Shown in pieces: positions 42,030 to 51,500 of a stretch of 56,454 nt of DNA (positions are counted from its first letter, which is position 1; the number at the start of each line of letters is the position of its first letter). The translations under genes were made by a program, and so were the position numbers. This DNA comes from Bacteroidota bacterium. Its GTDB lineage: Bacteria > Bacteroidota > Bacteroidia > AKYH767-A > OLB10. The notes under the pieces were generated by a model. That model was not told the DNA's origin and did not search any database. It was given only the letters and a program-made list of their open reading frames with translations. The DNA is taken from positions 1 through 56,454 of the forward strand of contig JBKDSL010000168.1 in assembly GCA_046340555.1 (NCBI GenBank). The letters are read 5' to 3'.

Positions 42030-43003
42030 TGTTCCATACCAATGAAATAAAGGACAAGTCGTTTCTGATTACCGGCGGTGCAGGTTTTATCGGCTCTAAT
42101 TTGGTAGATTACCTGATCATGAATGGAGCTCGTAAGGTGCGTGTTCTCGACAATATGAGTAACGGCTTTATGGTGAATGTGGAGCCGTATTTGTCACTCC
42201 CCGTTTATGAGTTCATCGATGGAGATATCAAAGACATGCCTACCTGTGTCAAGGCATTGGAGGGCATAGATATGGTGTCGCATCAAGCAGCCTTGGGTTC
42301 GGTGCCTAGATCAATTGCTCATCCTGACCTCACGCATGCATCCAACGTGAATGGATTCCTCAATATGCTGATTGCCGCTCGTGATGCAGGCGTGCAGCGA
42401 TTCGTTTATGCAAGTTCTTCATCCGTTTACGGAGATATAACCGACTCTCCAAAAGTCGAACATCGCACTGGAAGATTATTGTCGCCCTATGCGGTTTCCA
42501 AAATGACCAATGAATTATATGCCGGTGTGTTTTCCTTGAATTATGGTATGAAAATAATCGGCCTCCGTTACTTCAACGTTTACGGGCAGCGTCAGGATCC
42601 ATCTGGGCCTTATGCAGCTGTAATACCACTTTTCATGGATGCCGTTTTGAACAATAAAGAAGCTTGGATCAATGGCGATGGAGAGCAAACCCGCGATTTC
42701 ACCCATGTGAGTAATGCCGTACAGGCTAACGTCCGTGCAATGTTTACAGATAACGCCGAGGCATTTGGCCGTGTATACAACGTTGCGGTAGGGCAGAGTA
42801 TTACGGTGAATCAATTGTTTGATGAGGTTGCTGCAATCGCCGGCAAGGAAATGAAACCGCATCACCGCGCCGACCGGCCAGGTGATGTTCGTAGTTCATT
42901 GGCTGATATTTCTTTGGCGCAAAAGTATCTTGGATACGAACCTCAGGTTCGTATTCGTGAAGGTCTTCGGCAAACTTACGAATGGTTTAAGTCGACCTAC
43001 TAA
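42029..43003 (+). CDS. NAD-dependent epimerase (WbpP/TviC-like)
   Basis: HQAALGSVPRS, YASSSS.YG, SPYAVSK and GLRYFNVYG.RQDP motifs. Confidence 0.9.
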   Translation: MFHTNEIKDKSFLITGGAGFIGSNLVDYLIMNGARKVRVLDNMSNGFMVNVEPYLSLPVYEFIDGDIKDMPTCVKALEGIDMVSHQAALGSVPRSIAHPDLTHASNVNGFLNMLIAARDAGVQRFVYASSSSVYGDITDSPKVEHRTGRLLSPYAVSKMTNELYAGVFSLNYGMKIIGLRYFNVYGQRQDPSGPYAAVIPLFMDAVLNNKEAWINGDGEQTRDFTHVSNAVQANVRAMFTDNAEAFGRVYNVAVGQSITVNQLFDEVAAIAGKEMKPHHRADRPGDVRSSLADISLAQKYLGYEPQVRIREGLRQTYEWFKSTY

Positions 43004-43004
43004 G

Positions 43005-43745
43005 ATGGGGCTGTTCGATATTTTCAAAAAGAAATCACCTCCATTAGCTGATTATTCTCTTTTGGGCACAGATATGCATTCGCATTTGCTGCCTGGACTG
43101 GATGATGGCGCTCCTGATATGCAAGCTTCTTTGAAGCTTATCCGCGATTTGCATGAAATGGGTTTCAAGAAATTCTGGTGCACCCCGCATATCATGAGTG
43201 ATTTTTACAAAAACGATGCATCCACCATATTGCCCGCTTTGGATTCGGTTAGGGAAGCAGTGAGAGAAGAGGGCGTACCCGTAGAGGTTTTTGCGGCTGC
43301 TGAGTATTATGTGGATGAAGGTTTCATCAAGAAGTTGGAAGGTGAAAAACTGCTTACATTAGGTGAGCATCATTTGCTGTTTGAAGTGTCTTACATCAAT
43401 GCTCCCGAAAACCTATCACAGGTGATTTTCAATATGCAATTGAAGGGCTACCGACCAATCATGGCACATCCGGAGCGCTATCCGTTCTGGTATCGCGATT
43501 TTGAGAAATACAAAACCTTCCGTGATGCCGGTGTACTTATGCAAGTGAATATGAACTCCATTTCGGGCTATTACGGACCCGATGCCCGTGCCATAGCCTT
43601 GAAGATGGTGGATGAGGGCATTGTGGATCTGCTCGGAACGGATTGTCACCATGAACGGCATGTGGAAGGCCTTCGAAAAGGCTTGAAAGAACCTGCCATG
43701 CGCAAGTTGTTGGAACAAACGGCTTTGTTCAACGCTTCACTCTAA
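43005..43745 (+). CDS. CpsB/CapC family PHP-type tyrosine phosphatase
   Basis: DMHSHLLPGLDDG, TPH, AHPERY and GTDCH motifs; ATG at 43005. Confidence 0.92.
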   Translation: MGLFDIFKKKSPPLADYSLLGTDMHSHLLPGLDDGAPDMQASLKLIRDLHEMGFKKFWCTPHIMSDFYKNDASTILPALDSVREAVREEGVPVEVFAAAEYYVDEGFIKKLEGEKLLTLGEHHLLFEVSYINAPENLSQVIFNMQLKGYRPIMAHPERYPFWYRDFEKYKTFRDAGVLMQVNMNSISGYYGPDARAIALKMVDEGIVDLLGTDCHHERHVEGLRKGLKEPAMRKLLEQTALFNASL

Positions 43746-43868
43746 TTTTCAGTCCTGGAACTCAAGTTTACTTCGCGGATTTTGCTTAATTTTACAACAT
43801 CCGATGCTTTCTCGATGCGTTTTCGCCTCAGACGGCTTCGCATCCAAAAAACAACCAAAACTTAAATC

Positions 43869-44378
43869 ATGACAATTGAAATCAACAAAGTGGTTTCCGT
43901 AACGTACCGTTTGGAGGCCAACACCGAAGGCGCTGAAAAGCAACACATCGAAACAGCCGGCAAAGAACAACCTTTGACATTCCTATTTGGATCCGGTGGT
44001 CTTATTCCGGCATTTGAAGAAAACCTTTTTGGCAAATCCCTTGGCGATTCTTTCGCGTTCAGTATCGATCCGGAGAATGGATATGGTGCTCTCGATCCTG
44101 ATGCATTAGTAGAATTGCCTGTCGACATTTTCAAGGTTGATGGCGTAATTGACATGGAATTGATTCGCGTAGGCAACATGGTACCGATGAGTGATAGCCA
44201 AGGCAACCGTTTAGACGGACGTGTGATGGCAGTAACTACCGAGCATGTGAAAATGGACTTCAATCATCCTTTGGCTGGTCATCATTTGCATTTCTCTGGT
44301 GAAGTTATTGAAGTGCGTGAAGCATCTGCTGAAGAGATTTCACACGGCCATGCACATACAGGTCACGACGGACACTGA
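43869..44378 (+). CDS. slyD: FKBP-type peptidyl-prolyl isomerase SlyD
   Basis: LIPAFE, YG and DFNHPLAG motifs; His-rich tail HGHAHTGHDGH. Confidence 0.93.
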   Translation: MTIEINKVVSVTYRLEANTEGAEKQHIETAGKEQPLTFLFGSGGLIPAFEENLFGKSLGDSFAFSIDPENGYGALDPDALVELPVDIFKVDGVIDMELIRVGNMVPMSDSQGNRLDGRVMAVTTEHVKMDFNHPLAGHHLHFSGEVIEVREASAEEISHGHAHTGHDGH

Positions 44379-44410
44379 TAGTCTTAATTGATTTTTTTAG
44401 CAAGCCCGTA

Positions 44411-45283
44411 TCACTTAGATGCGGGCTTTTCTTTTTTTCGGTATACCAACATGCTCAGCACTACACCTGCCACTATCAGCGACATCCCTAGGATGGTGTG
44501 CCAACTGTACAATTCATCGAATAAAAAGTAACCAGCTAGAGTGGCATACAATACACCAATATAGTTCAGTATAGAAACTCCAGCCACCTTTTCCATTTGC
44601 AACGATTTGGTCATATTGAGTTGACCCAGCTGCGTGAATAAGCCCACTAGAACCAGGTTCAGCCAGTCCCAACCAGTAGGCATCACGAAAACAGGAGCGG
44701 TAAAGAACATCCCCGTAAGGGTGCCTAGCAATTGAAAATGGAATACCACCACTAGCGGATGCTCTCGATCTTTGATTGTACGGATGGTGATGTATGCGAA
44801 TGCTGAACCGACTGCCGATAGAATACCAATCAGAATATAAAAATTTTCAGCGTGGTCGCTAACGCCCTGTATTACCAATACTCCAGCAAATGATATCAGG
44901 AAGAATAGCCATTGTAGCGGTCTTACTTTTTCGTCGAGCACATAAACAGCTAGAATGGTGGTGAAAACAGGTGAAAGATATTGAATGGTAACGGCGGTTC
45001 CCAAAGGCAAGTGGGCAATTGTGGCCACATATGCCACTAGCGAAGCGGTACCGAATGCGCCTCGCAACAGCAACAGCTTTCTGTTTGATCCGCGCCAATC
45101 AACACCCTCTTTATGCAAATACAACAAACAAATCAACAACGAAATGCCACACCGGAAAAACACTACTTCCATAGTCGGCAGGTGACTGATCGCTTTGATG
45201 AAAATATTCATCAAGGCAAAATAAAAAGTCGCCAAAAGCATATGCCTTGCACCGGGCGAAATATACGTCTTGGCTGAAGTCAT
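44411..45283 (-). CDS. EamA/DMT family transporter
   Basis: About 10 hydrophobic segments; LRG.FG, SPVF..L.EK motifs. Confidence 0.9.
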   Translation of the reverse strand: MTSAKTYISPGARHMLLATFYFALMNIFIKAISHLPTMEVVFFRCGISLLICLLYLHKEGVDWRGSNRKLLLLRGAFGTASLVAYVATIAHLPLGTAVTIQYLSPVFTTILAVYVLDEKVRPLQWLFFLISFAGVLVIQGVSDHAENFYILIGILSAVGSAFAYITIRTIKDREHPLVVVFHFQLLGTLTGMFFTAPVFVMPTGWDWLNLVLVGLFTQLGQLNMTKSLQMEKVAGVSILNYIGVLYATLAGYFLFDELYSWHTILGMSLIVAGVVLSMLVYRKKEKPASK

Positions 45284-45320
45284 CAAGGCGCGAAATTAAT
45301 ATAAATGATCTTGGTGATAC

Positions 45321-45376
45321 AAATGACAAATGACAAATGACAAGTGACAAGTAGCTCACCACTTACCACCCACCAC
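45321..45376. repeat. In-register heptamer array between divergent promoters
   Basis: AAATGAC x3, AAGTGAC, AAGTAGC, TCACCAC, TTACCAC, CCACCAC. Confidence 0.8.
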
Positions 45377-45402
45377 TTAATTTTTCCTTTTAACTTCGCA
45401 TT

Positions 45403-45885
45403 ATGCCCAAATCTCCGAAAACCATAGTGTACACCCTTTTCACCGCGCTGGAAAAGTTGCGCTCGTATTGTGCTTACCAGGAGCGAAGTCAACAGGAGGT
45501 GCGCGATAAGTTGTATTCATTGGGTATGACTAAAGATGAGGTTGAACAGGGTTTAACGGCTCTGATAACGGAGGGCTTTGTGAATGAAGGCCGTTTTGCA
45601 GAAGCTTATGCAAGAGGAAAGCATCGGACTAAGCGATGGGGGCGGATCAAGATTCGCGTAGGACTGAAAAGGCATGGCGTTTCAGATGCGTGTATTAAGC
45701 GGGCTTTGGAAAACCTGACTGACGAGGAATATTTGGCGACTCTTGGAAAATTATTGGAGGTGAAACGAAAGGTCTTAGGCGGCAAGGATGATTTCAAGGC
45801 CAGGCAGACGCTATTGAGAGCAGGAATTAGCCATGGTTTCGAGCCAGAATTGGTAAGGGAATGTATGAAGATGGATGTGGATTAA
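45403..45885 (+). CDS. recX: Regulatory protein RecX
   Basis: YCAYQERS..EV..KL, F.NE.RFA, WGRIKI and GFE motifs. Confidence 0.92.
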   Translation: MPKSPKTIVYTLFTALEKLRSYCAYQERSQQEVRDKLYSLGMTKDEVEQGLTALITEGFVNEGRFAEAYARGKHRTKRWGRIKIRVGLKRHGVSDACIKRALENLTDEEYLATLGKLLEVKRKVLGGKDDFKARQTLLRAGISHGFEPELVRECMKMDVD

Positions 45886-45952
45886 AACCGATGATTTTAT
45901 GCTGACATAAGTCGTTTTTTTGTAATTTAGACTCGCGTCACTTCCGTTCAGC

Positions 45953-46537
45953 ATGAATCCCCGTTTTCAGCAAGCTCACGATTATATGATGTCTCGTTTA
46001 GAGCGGGAGCTTTCACCTCGATTGCATTACCATAATGTAGAGCATGTGCGTGATGTGTTAAATGCTGCATTGCGAATTGGTCAAGCAGAGGGGGTTGACA
46101 CCAACGGTTTGGAGTTGATAGGCGTGGCTGCAGTATTCCATGACTCGGGTTTTATTTTGGATTCGAAGGAACATGAAGCGACTGGTGTTTTATTTGCCCG
46201 CGATTACCTTCCAGGTTTGGGATTCTCTGAAAATGAATTAGAGATCATTTGCGGTATGATCATGGCCACCCGTGTACCCCAACAGCCGTTGAACGATTGG
46301 CAGATGATTATCTGTGATGCTGATTTGGATTATCTAGGTCGCAACGATTTTTTTGAAACCGGCAATAAGGTTTTTCGCGAGATGGTTGAGCTCGGTCAAA
46401 TTGCTACCGAACGCGAATGGAATGAGATGCAGGTTCGATTTTTAACCGAGCATCACTACTTTACGCAAACGTCTATACGTGACCGTAAGCCACAAAAGGA
46501 CGCTCATTTAGAGCAGGTAAAGTTGTTGTTGGTTTAG
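45953..46537 (+). CDS. HD-domain phosphohydrolase (PDE-like)
   Basis: YHNVEH, FHDSG, HE and CDADLDYLG metal-binding motifs. Confidence 0.88.
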   Translation: MNPRFQQAHDYMMSRLERELSPRLHYHNVEHVRDVLNAALRIGQAEGVDTNGLELIGVAAVFHDSGFILDSKEHEATGVLFARDYLPGLGFSENELEIICGMIMATRVPQQPLNDWQMIICDADLDYLGRNDFFETGNKVFREMVELGQIATEREWNEMQVRFLTEHHYFTQTSIRDRKPQKDAHLEQVKLLLV

Positions 46538-48435
46538 GCTATCGCGCCCTCAACGAAATACATTTCGATTTCGCCTTTGTTTTTGGCCGCCACTTTGCCT
46601 CGTGGTGTGCAATTGAATTTGTCTTTAACAAGTTCGAAGGTGGCTTCACTGATATTGACTTTTCCAACGGCTCCACTACTTTCCATTCGAGAAGCGGTAT
46701 TCACCGTATCGCCCCAGATGTCGTAGGCGAACTTTTTAGTACCAACAACACCCGCCACTACTGGGCCGGAGTGTATGCCCAATCGCAACTCAAAATAGGG
46801 CAGGTTGGCTTGCATTCGCTTTTGCTTATTGTCTTCAATGAAGGCTTGCATCTCAAGTCCGGCACGCACTATACGTTCGGCATGGTCTTCGCATTTAACA
46901 GGAATTCCACCAGCACACATATAGCTATCACCAATAGTTTTGATTTTTTCCAAACCGTGTTTAGTGATGATGCGATCAAACTCTGAATAACATTGGTTGA
47001 TTTCTTCAACCAGCTCCTCTGCCGACAAGATCTCACTGGCTTGGGTAAAGTTCTTGAAGTCGGTAAACAGTACCGATATGGAATCAAAGCTCTTCGCTTT
47101 GGCACTTCCAGTGGCTTTCAGCTCTTCTGCTGTTTCCTCTGGCAGGATGTTTAACAACAGTTCGTCACTGCGTTTTTTCTCTTTGGATATGCGATTGCGT
47201 TGTGATAAAAATACTCCGGCGAAGAGCAGCACGATGGCGAAGCCGCCGATGAAACCATTACGCACTAGTTTTTGTCTTTTGATTTGCTCTTGTTTGTCTA
47301 CAAGGTCTTGCTCCTTTTTATACAAATCAAAACTGAATTGCAAAGTCCCGATTTTTTTCTCGGAGTCTAACGTAAACAATCGGTCTTTTATCTCCATTAG
47401 GGAATTCTGATTCTCATAAGCTTGTTTAAAATCACCTAGTGCAGCATTTGTATTTGATAGTCCTTGGTATGCGCTTTTCAGTTGGTAGTCAGCGCCGATT
47501 TGGATGGAAATGCCCTTGGCTTCAGAATAAAATTTTATTGCATTTTGAAGATCGCCTTTTGATTCGTGCGTTTCAGCTAAGCCAAGCAAGGAAAGGGCAA
47601 TGTCATTTTTCGATTTGAGATCGGTTGCTTGTTTTAATGCTTGGGTTTGGTAGGCGATGGCTTTGTCATATTGACCTCTTTTGCAATAAACTTTACCGAT
47701 ATTATTCAACGTGTAGGGCTTGTTTTCTGAATCATTGAATGCGGTGAGTGATTTTTCAAAATAATACAATGCTGAATCCAGCATGTTTTTTCCTAAATGA
47801 TATTCGCCAATATTAACGCAGGCTGTTCCGATAGCATCATTATCCGAGATGCTTTCAGAGAGAGGAAGAGCACGCAAATAATAGTCTACAGATTTACTTT
47901 TAGTGGTTGGTTTATTGGAATAAACGCCTCCGATATTTATACATGTAGTGACTATACGCAAGGTGTCTTTAATCTCTTCTGCGGTTTTCAAGGCTTTTAA
48001 GTAATAATCCAGTGCATTTACATCATCACCCTGATTGAAGTAAATTGCTCCAAGATTGCTTTCGATATTCGCAACACCGCTTAAGTCATTTATTTCATTG
48101 AATATGTTTAATGCCTCGTTCCAGTTTTCAAGTGCACTTATGTAATCCCCCTTGTTGTAGTAAATTATACCTAGGTTTTTTAATGCATTTGCGGTTGTTC
48201 TTTGGAAATTACATTTTCTAGATTGTTCCAATACCTGCTTCGATTTCTGAATTGCAAGATTTGGATTTGAACTAAAATACTTTTTACTGTCTTCTATCGT
48301 TTTGTTCAACGATGTAGTATCACATTCTGCAAAAAGCACAACGCAGTGAAAAATAATCAGGCTGAACAGGCCAACGCCAATAGCTCTTGGCTTGTTGAAA
48401 TACTTGAAAAAACGATTAGATGCCTTAGTATACAC
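46534..48435 (-). CDS. Membrane-anchored class III adenylate cyclase with extracytoplasmic TPR array
   Basis: N-terminal hydrophobic segment; TPR repeats (NLGIIYYNKGDY, NIGKVY); single TM; LLLNILP, FTDFKNFT, KIKTIGDSYM and YDIWGDTVNTASRMES motifs. Confidence 0.92.
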   Translation of the reverse strand: MYTKASNRFFKYFNKPRAIGVGLFSLIIFHCVVLFAECDTTSLNKTIEDSKKYFSSNPNLAIQKSKQVLEQSRKCNFQRTTANALKNLGIIYYNKGDYISALENWNEALNIFNEINDLSGVANIESNLGAIYFNQGDDVNALDYYLKALKTAEEIKDTLRIVTTCINIGGVYSNKPTTKSKSVDYYLRALPLSESISDNDAIGTACVNIGEYHLGKNMLDSALYYFEKSLTAFNDSENKPYTLNNIGKVYCKRGQYDKAIAYQTQALKQATDLKSKNDIALSLLGLAETHESKGDLQNAIKFYSEAKGISIQIGADYQLKSAYQGLSNTNAALGDFKQAYENQNSLMEIKDRLFTLDSEKKIGTLQFSFDLYKKEQDLVDKQEQIKRQKLVRNGFIGGFAIVLLFAGVFLSQRNRISKEKKRSDELLLNILPEETAEELKATGSAKAKSFDSISVLFTDFKNFTQASEILSAEELVEEINQCYSEFDRIITKHGLEKIKTIGDSYMCAGGIPVKCEDHAERIVRAGLEMQAFIEDNKQKRMQANLPYFELRLGIHSGPVVAGVVGTKKFAYDIWGDTVNTASRMESSGAVGKVNISEATFELVKDKFNCTPRGKVAAKNKGEIEMYFVEGAIA

Positions 48436-48466
48436 GTGCCCTAAGGTATTAATATTTACCTAAAAT

Positions 48467-48493
48467 AAAAACGGGGGCATTGCCCCCGTTTTT
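48467..48493. terminator. Symmetric intrinsic terminator downstream of the giant protease gene
   Basis: AAAAACGGGGGC-ATT-GCCCCCGTTTTT perfect inverted repeat, 25 bp past the stop at 48519. Confidence 0.85.
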
Positions 48494-48518
48494 ACATGTA
48501 TTGTATCAGGGTTATTTA

Positions 48519-51500
48519 TCACAGTTTCACAAACCTGACAACGAATCGATTGCCTGCAGTTTCAATGGATATGGCATAGATGCCTGGATTGAGTTTTGCA
48601 ATATTAATTTTGGTGGATTCGACTGGGGATTCAAAATTGGTATCAGACAAGCTAATTGATCTTCCTGAGGCATCGAAAACAGAAATTCGCGTAATATTAA
48701 GCTCTTCAAATTTCGATTGGATGGTTAACTCGTCTATAGCTGGATTTGGAAATACATTGAACAAATCAGTGATTTGACTTTGTTCTAGGGTCGTCCTGCT
48801 GAGGTGCGCGGCACATTTATTTGAGGTGGATGTTCCTGAGTTACTGGTTGCGGTTACTTGCTGGTTTCCATTATAGCTGATGCATACCCACTGGATGCTT
48901 TGACCATCAAATGGAATTTCATAGACCCCAATGGTGTTTGCAGCAAACAATACTGGAGGGTTGCCTACATACTGGCCAGCAGCATTGAAGTAATTGGTGG
49001 GTCCAAGTGGAACGTAAACTGGAGTATTGTTCTGGTTTTCCCATTGGAATCGGGCTAAGAATGGGAATCCGGATGGATGGTTGCTTACGGTATCAACACA
49101 AACCAATGAAACATTGATTTTCTTGGCTCCTTGTCCTTTTGGATTTACATATAGCGGTCCGCTTACATAATTGACGTTGTAGTTTCCAGGTACAGTAAGC
49201 ACCAAGTTAGCAGGGGTAATCGTGTATTGGCCTGCTTGGGTACAGCAGCCTGAAGGACTCACAGTATATGTGGGTCCAGAAACTACGGTGTTTTGGCCGC
49301 CTGCAACAAACCCTGTTATTGTGGAGGTGAAAGCTGGCAACGGATCATTTCTGTTGATGAATTTTAAGTCGGCTTGAACTGTAAGTACTGCTGGATTGAC
49401 TTGAAGGCTTCCATTGTTGTAACTTAAAACATAGTCAGCCGGAGCATTCAAAGATATGCCCGATGGCACTATGTTGAAAATTCCTGCCGGATAAATAGGC
49501 GCTATGACGGATGCGCCATTCAATACCGAATAAGTAACGTTTCCAGATGCAATTTGATTCAAGGTCTCACCGTATTGTAGGCCTGAAACGGATGAGGTAA
49601 ACGTGATCGACTGCCCATATGTGGCAGTTTTGTTATCAGCATTGACATTTAAACTTCTTGGCAAAATCGTTAATGTGCCTAAACCATAGCTTATTTCAAA
49701 ATTGCTTGATAGATACCCGGCTGGAGCAATTGCATGGGTTCCGGCAAATGTTCCTGTAATTAAATTTATTCCTTTGAATATCGTCAAAGTGTCATTCACT
49801 GGTGCAAAAGCATCGGTTGAATCAATAATCACGGCCACATTTGAATTGCTTGGGTCAGTTGAAGTTCCCGTGTTGTTGGAATTTACAACAGGAGAGCCGT
49901 TTACCAGCGCTCTTGCATTTACTACCGCGCTGCCATTAACCAAAGCCCTGGCGTTAACCAATGCCCTTGCATTAACAAGTGCACGCGCGCTAACAAGAGG
50001 AGCGTTGGCTGAGTCTGCTTGGTAATTGAACACTGATGCTGTGGCAACGTCAACAATCTTTGTTGTGTCAATAAGAAGACTTCCGTTGACTAGTGCCCTT
50101 GCATTTACGAGCGCTCTAGCATTAACTAGTGCCCTGGCACTTGCAATTGCGCTCAGATTAAACAAGTCCGAATTCACTAGTGCCCTAGCATTTACTAATG
50201 CTCTGGCGTTTACAAGCGCTATTTCTTCTGCAATGTTGTTCTCATGATCTGCCGCCAGTGTTGTTAGGAACGTGGCACGTTCGGAAATGGTGATAGAGCT
50301 CTCATCATATTCATATTCGAAAGATTTGATTTCTATTTTATCCCCGTACGTAATCGTCGTATCATTCGGGGTAATCACCAATGGCATCCTGTTAATGGTC
50401 AACAAGCCATTGTTCAATGTGTAATTGAAGAAGGTGTTGAAGCCCGGGTCATACGTTCCTTGGTTGAGGGCGATGGCGTAGATACCTACGTTGCTCATGC
50501 TGTTGGCAGGCGTCAAGATGGTAAGGTTACCCAAGCCCAGCTCTGCTGCTGTAAAGCCTGAGGAAGCCAAGGGTGTTCCATCCACCGTAACGCTGTAAGT
50601 GAGGGTTGGAACGGTTTCGCCATACTTCTTGGTCTTGTTGTCGGCCGTTACCACTACGTTCTTCTTAATCGGATCGAAGAAGAACAAGGTGTCGGAATTG
50701 CCGCCGTCGTTGATGTTCGGTACAATTGGAGGCGTGTAAACAAACAAACCATAGTTACCGAAGAAAGTAGGCAGACTCGCTGTTAATGTAGAGCCGTTTA
50801 CGAACGAGGTGCTCAATGTGTCTCCATTGAATACAACTTGCGATTGCGTGGTGAAGAAATTACCGTAAACGGTTACCGTTGTGGCAGCTGAACCAGCTGT
50901 TATAGGTGTACGGATGGAGTCCAAGTTAGGAGTTGGAGCAGCGAACGTAGCCAATGCATCAAAGGCTTGAATGTAACCGTTACCTGTAGCGAAATCGAAT
51001 CCAGGAGTCGACAAGTCCAAAGCAGTTGTCTGTAGGATGCTACGAATATCGGCAGGGTTAAGCTCCTGATTGTAGAATTTCATCTTGCCATGCTTCAGCA
51101 AGGCGCCAACACCTGCAGCATGAGGAGCAGCAGCAGAAGTTCCGAAGAAATTCGGGAAGGCATCGCCATCTACATTTGGTCCACCTAACTGTACAGTGGT
51201 GTTGCCTCCGTTAGGCGCAACTAAATCGGGCTTACTACGAACCACACCGTTCACTTCAGTTCCACCTCGGGAAGAGAAGTTTTGAACGGGAGGATTGAAT
51301 GGAACAGGATTGAATGCGGGTGTATTGGTGTAATTAACCGCGCCCAAGGTTATGGCGCCATTCGCGTTGGATTGTCCCACGATAGTAGATGATCCTGATG
51401 TGTATTCGTTGAAGCTAAGTTCGCCGCGGAATACGATGAACTTGAACTTGGCAGAAGTGTTTCCGCTTGCTCTGATAACAGACAGGTTAGCTGAAACAGT

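Noticed and set aside
45953-48435. Pycsar/CBASS anti-phage system
   Set aside because: The cyclase has adenine-specifying residues and a receptor architecture; the HD protein has no transmembrane effector domain; the genes are convergent rather than operonic
49881-50220. Diversity-generating retroelement variable or template repeat
   Set aside because: Differences between copies are mostly synonymous rather than adenine-specific, and no reverse transcriptase is present
49702-50247. Plus-strand ORFs with TSALAL repeats
   Set aside because: Antisense reading of the ALVNAR array; no independent support
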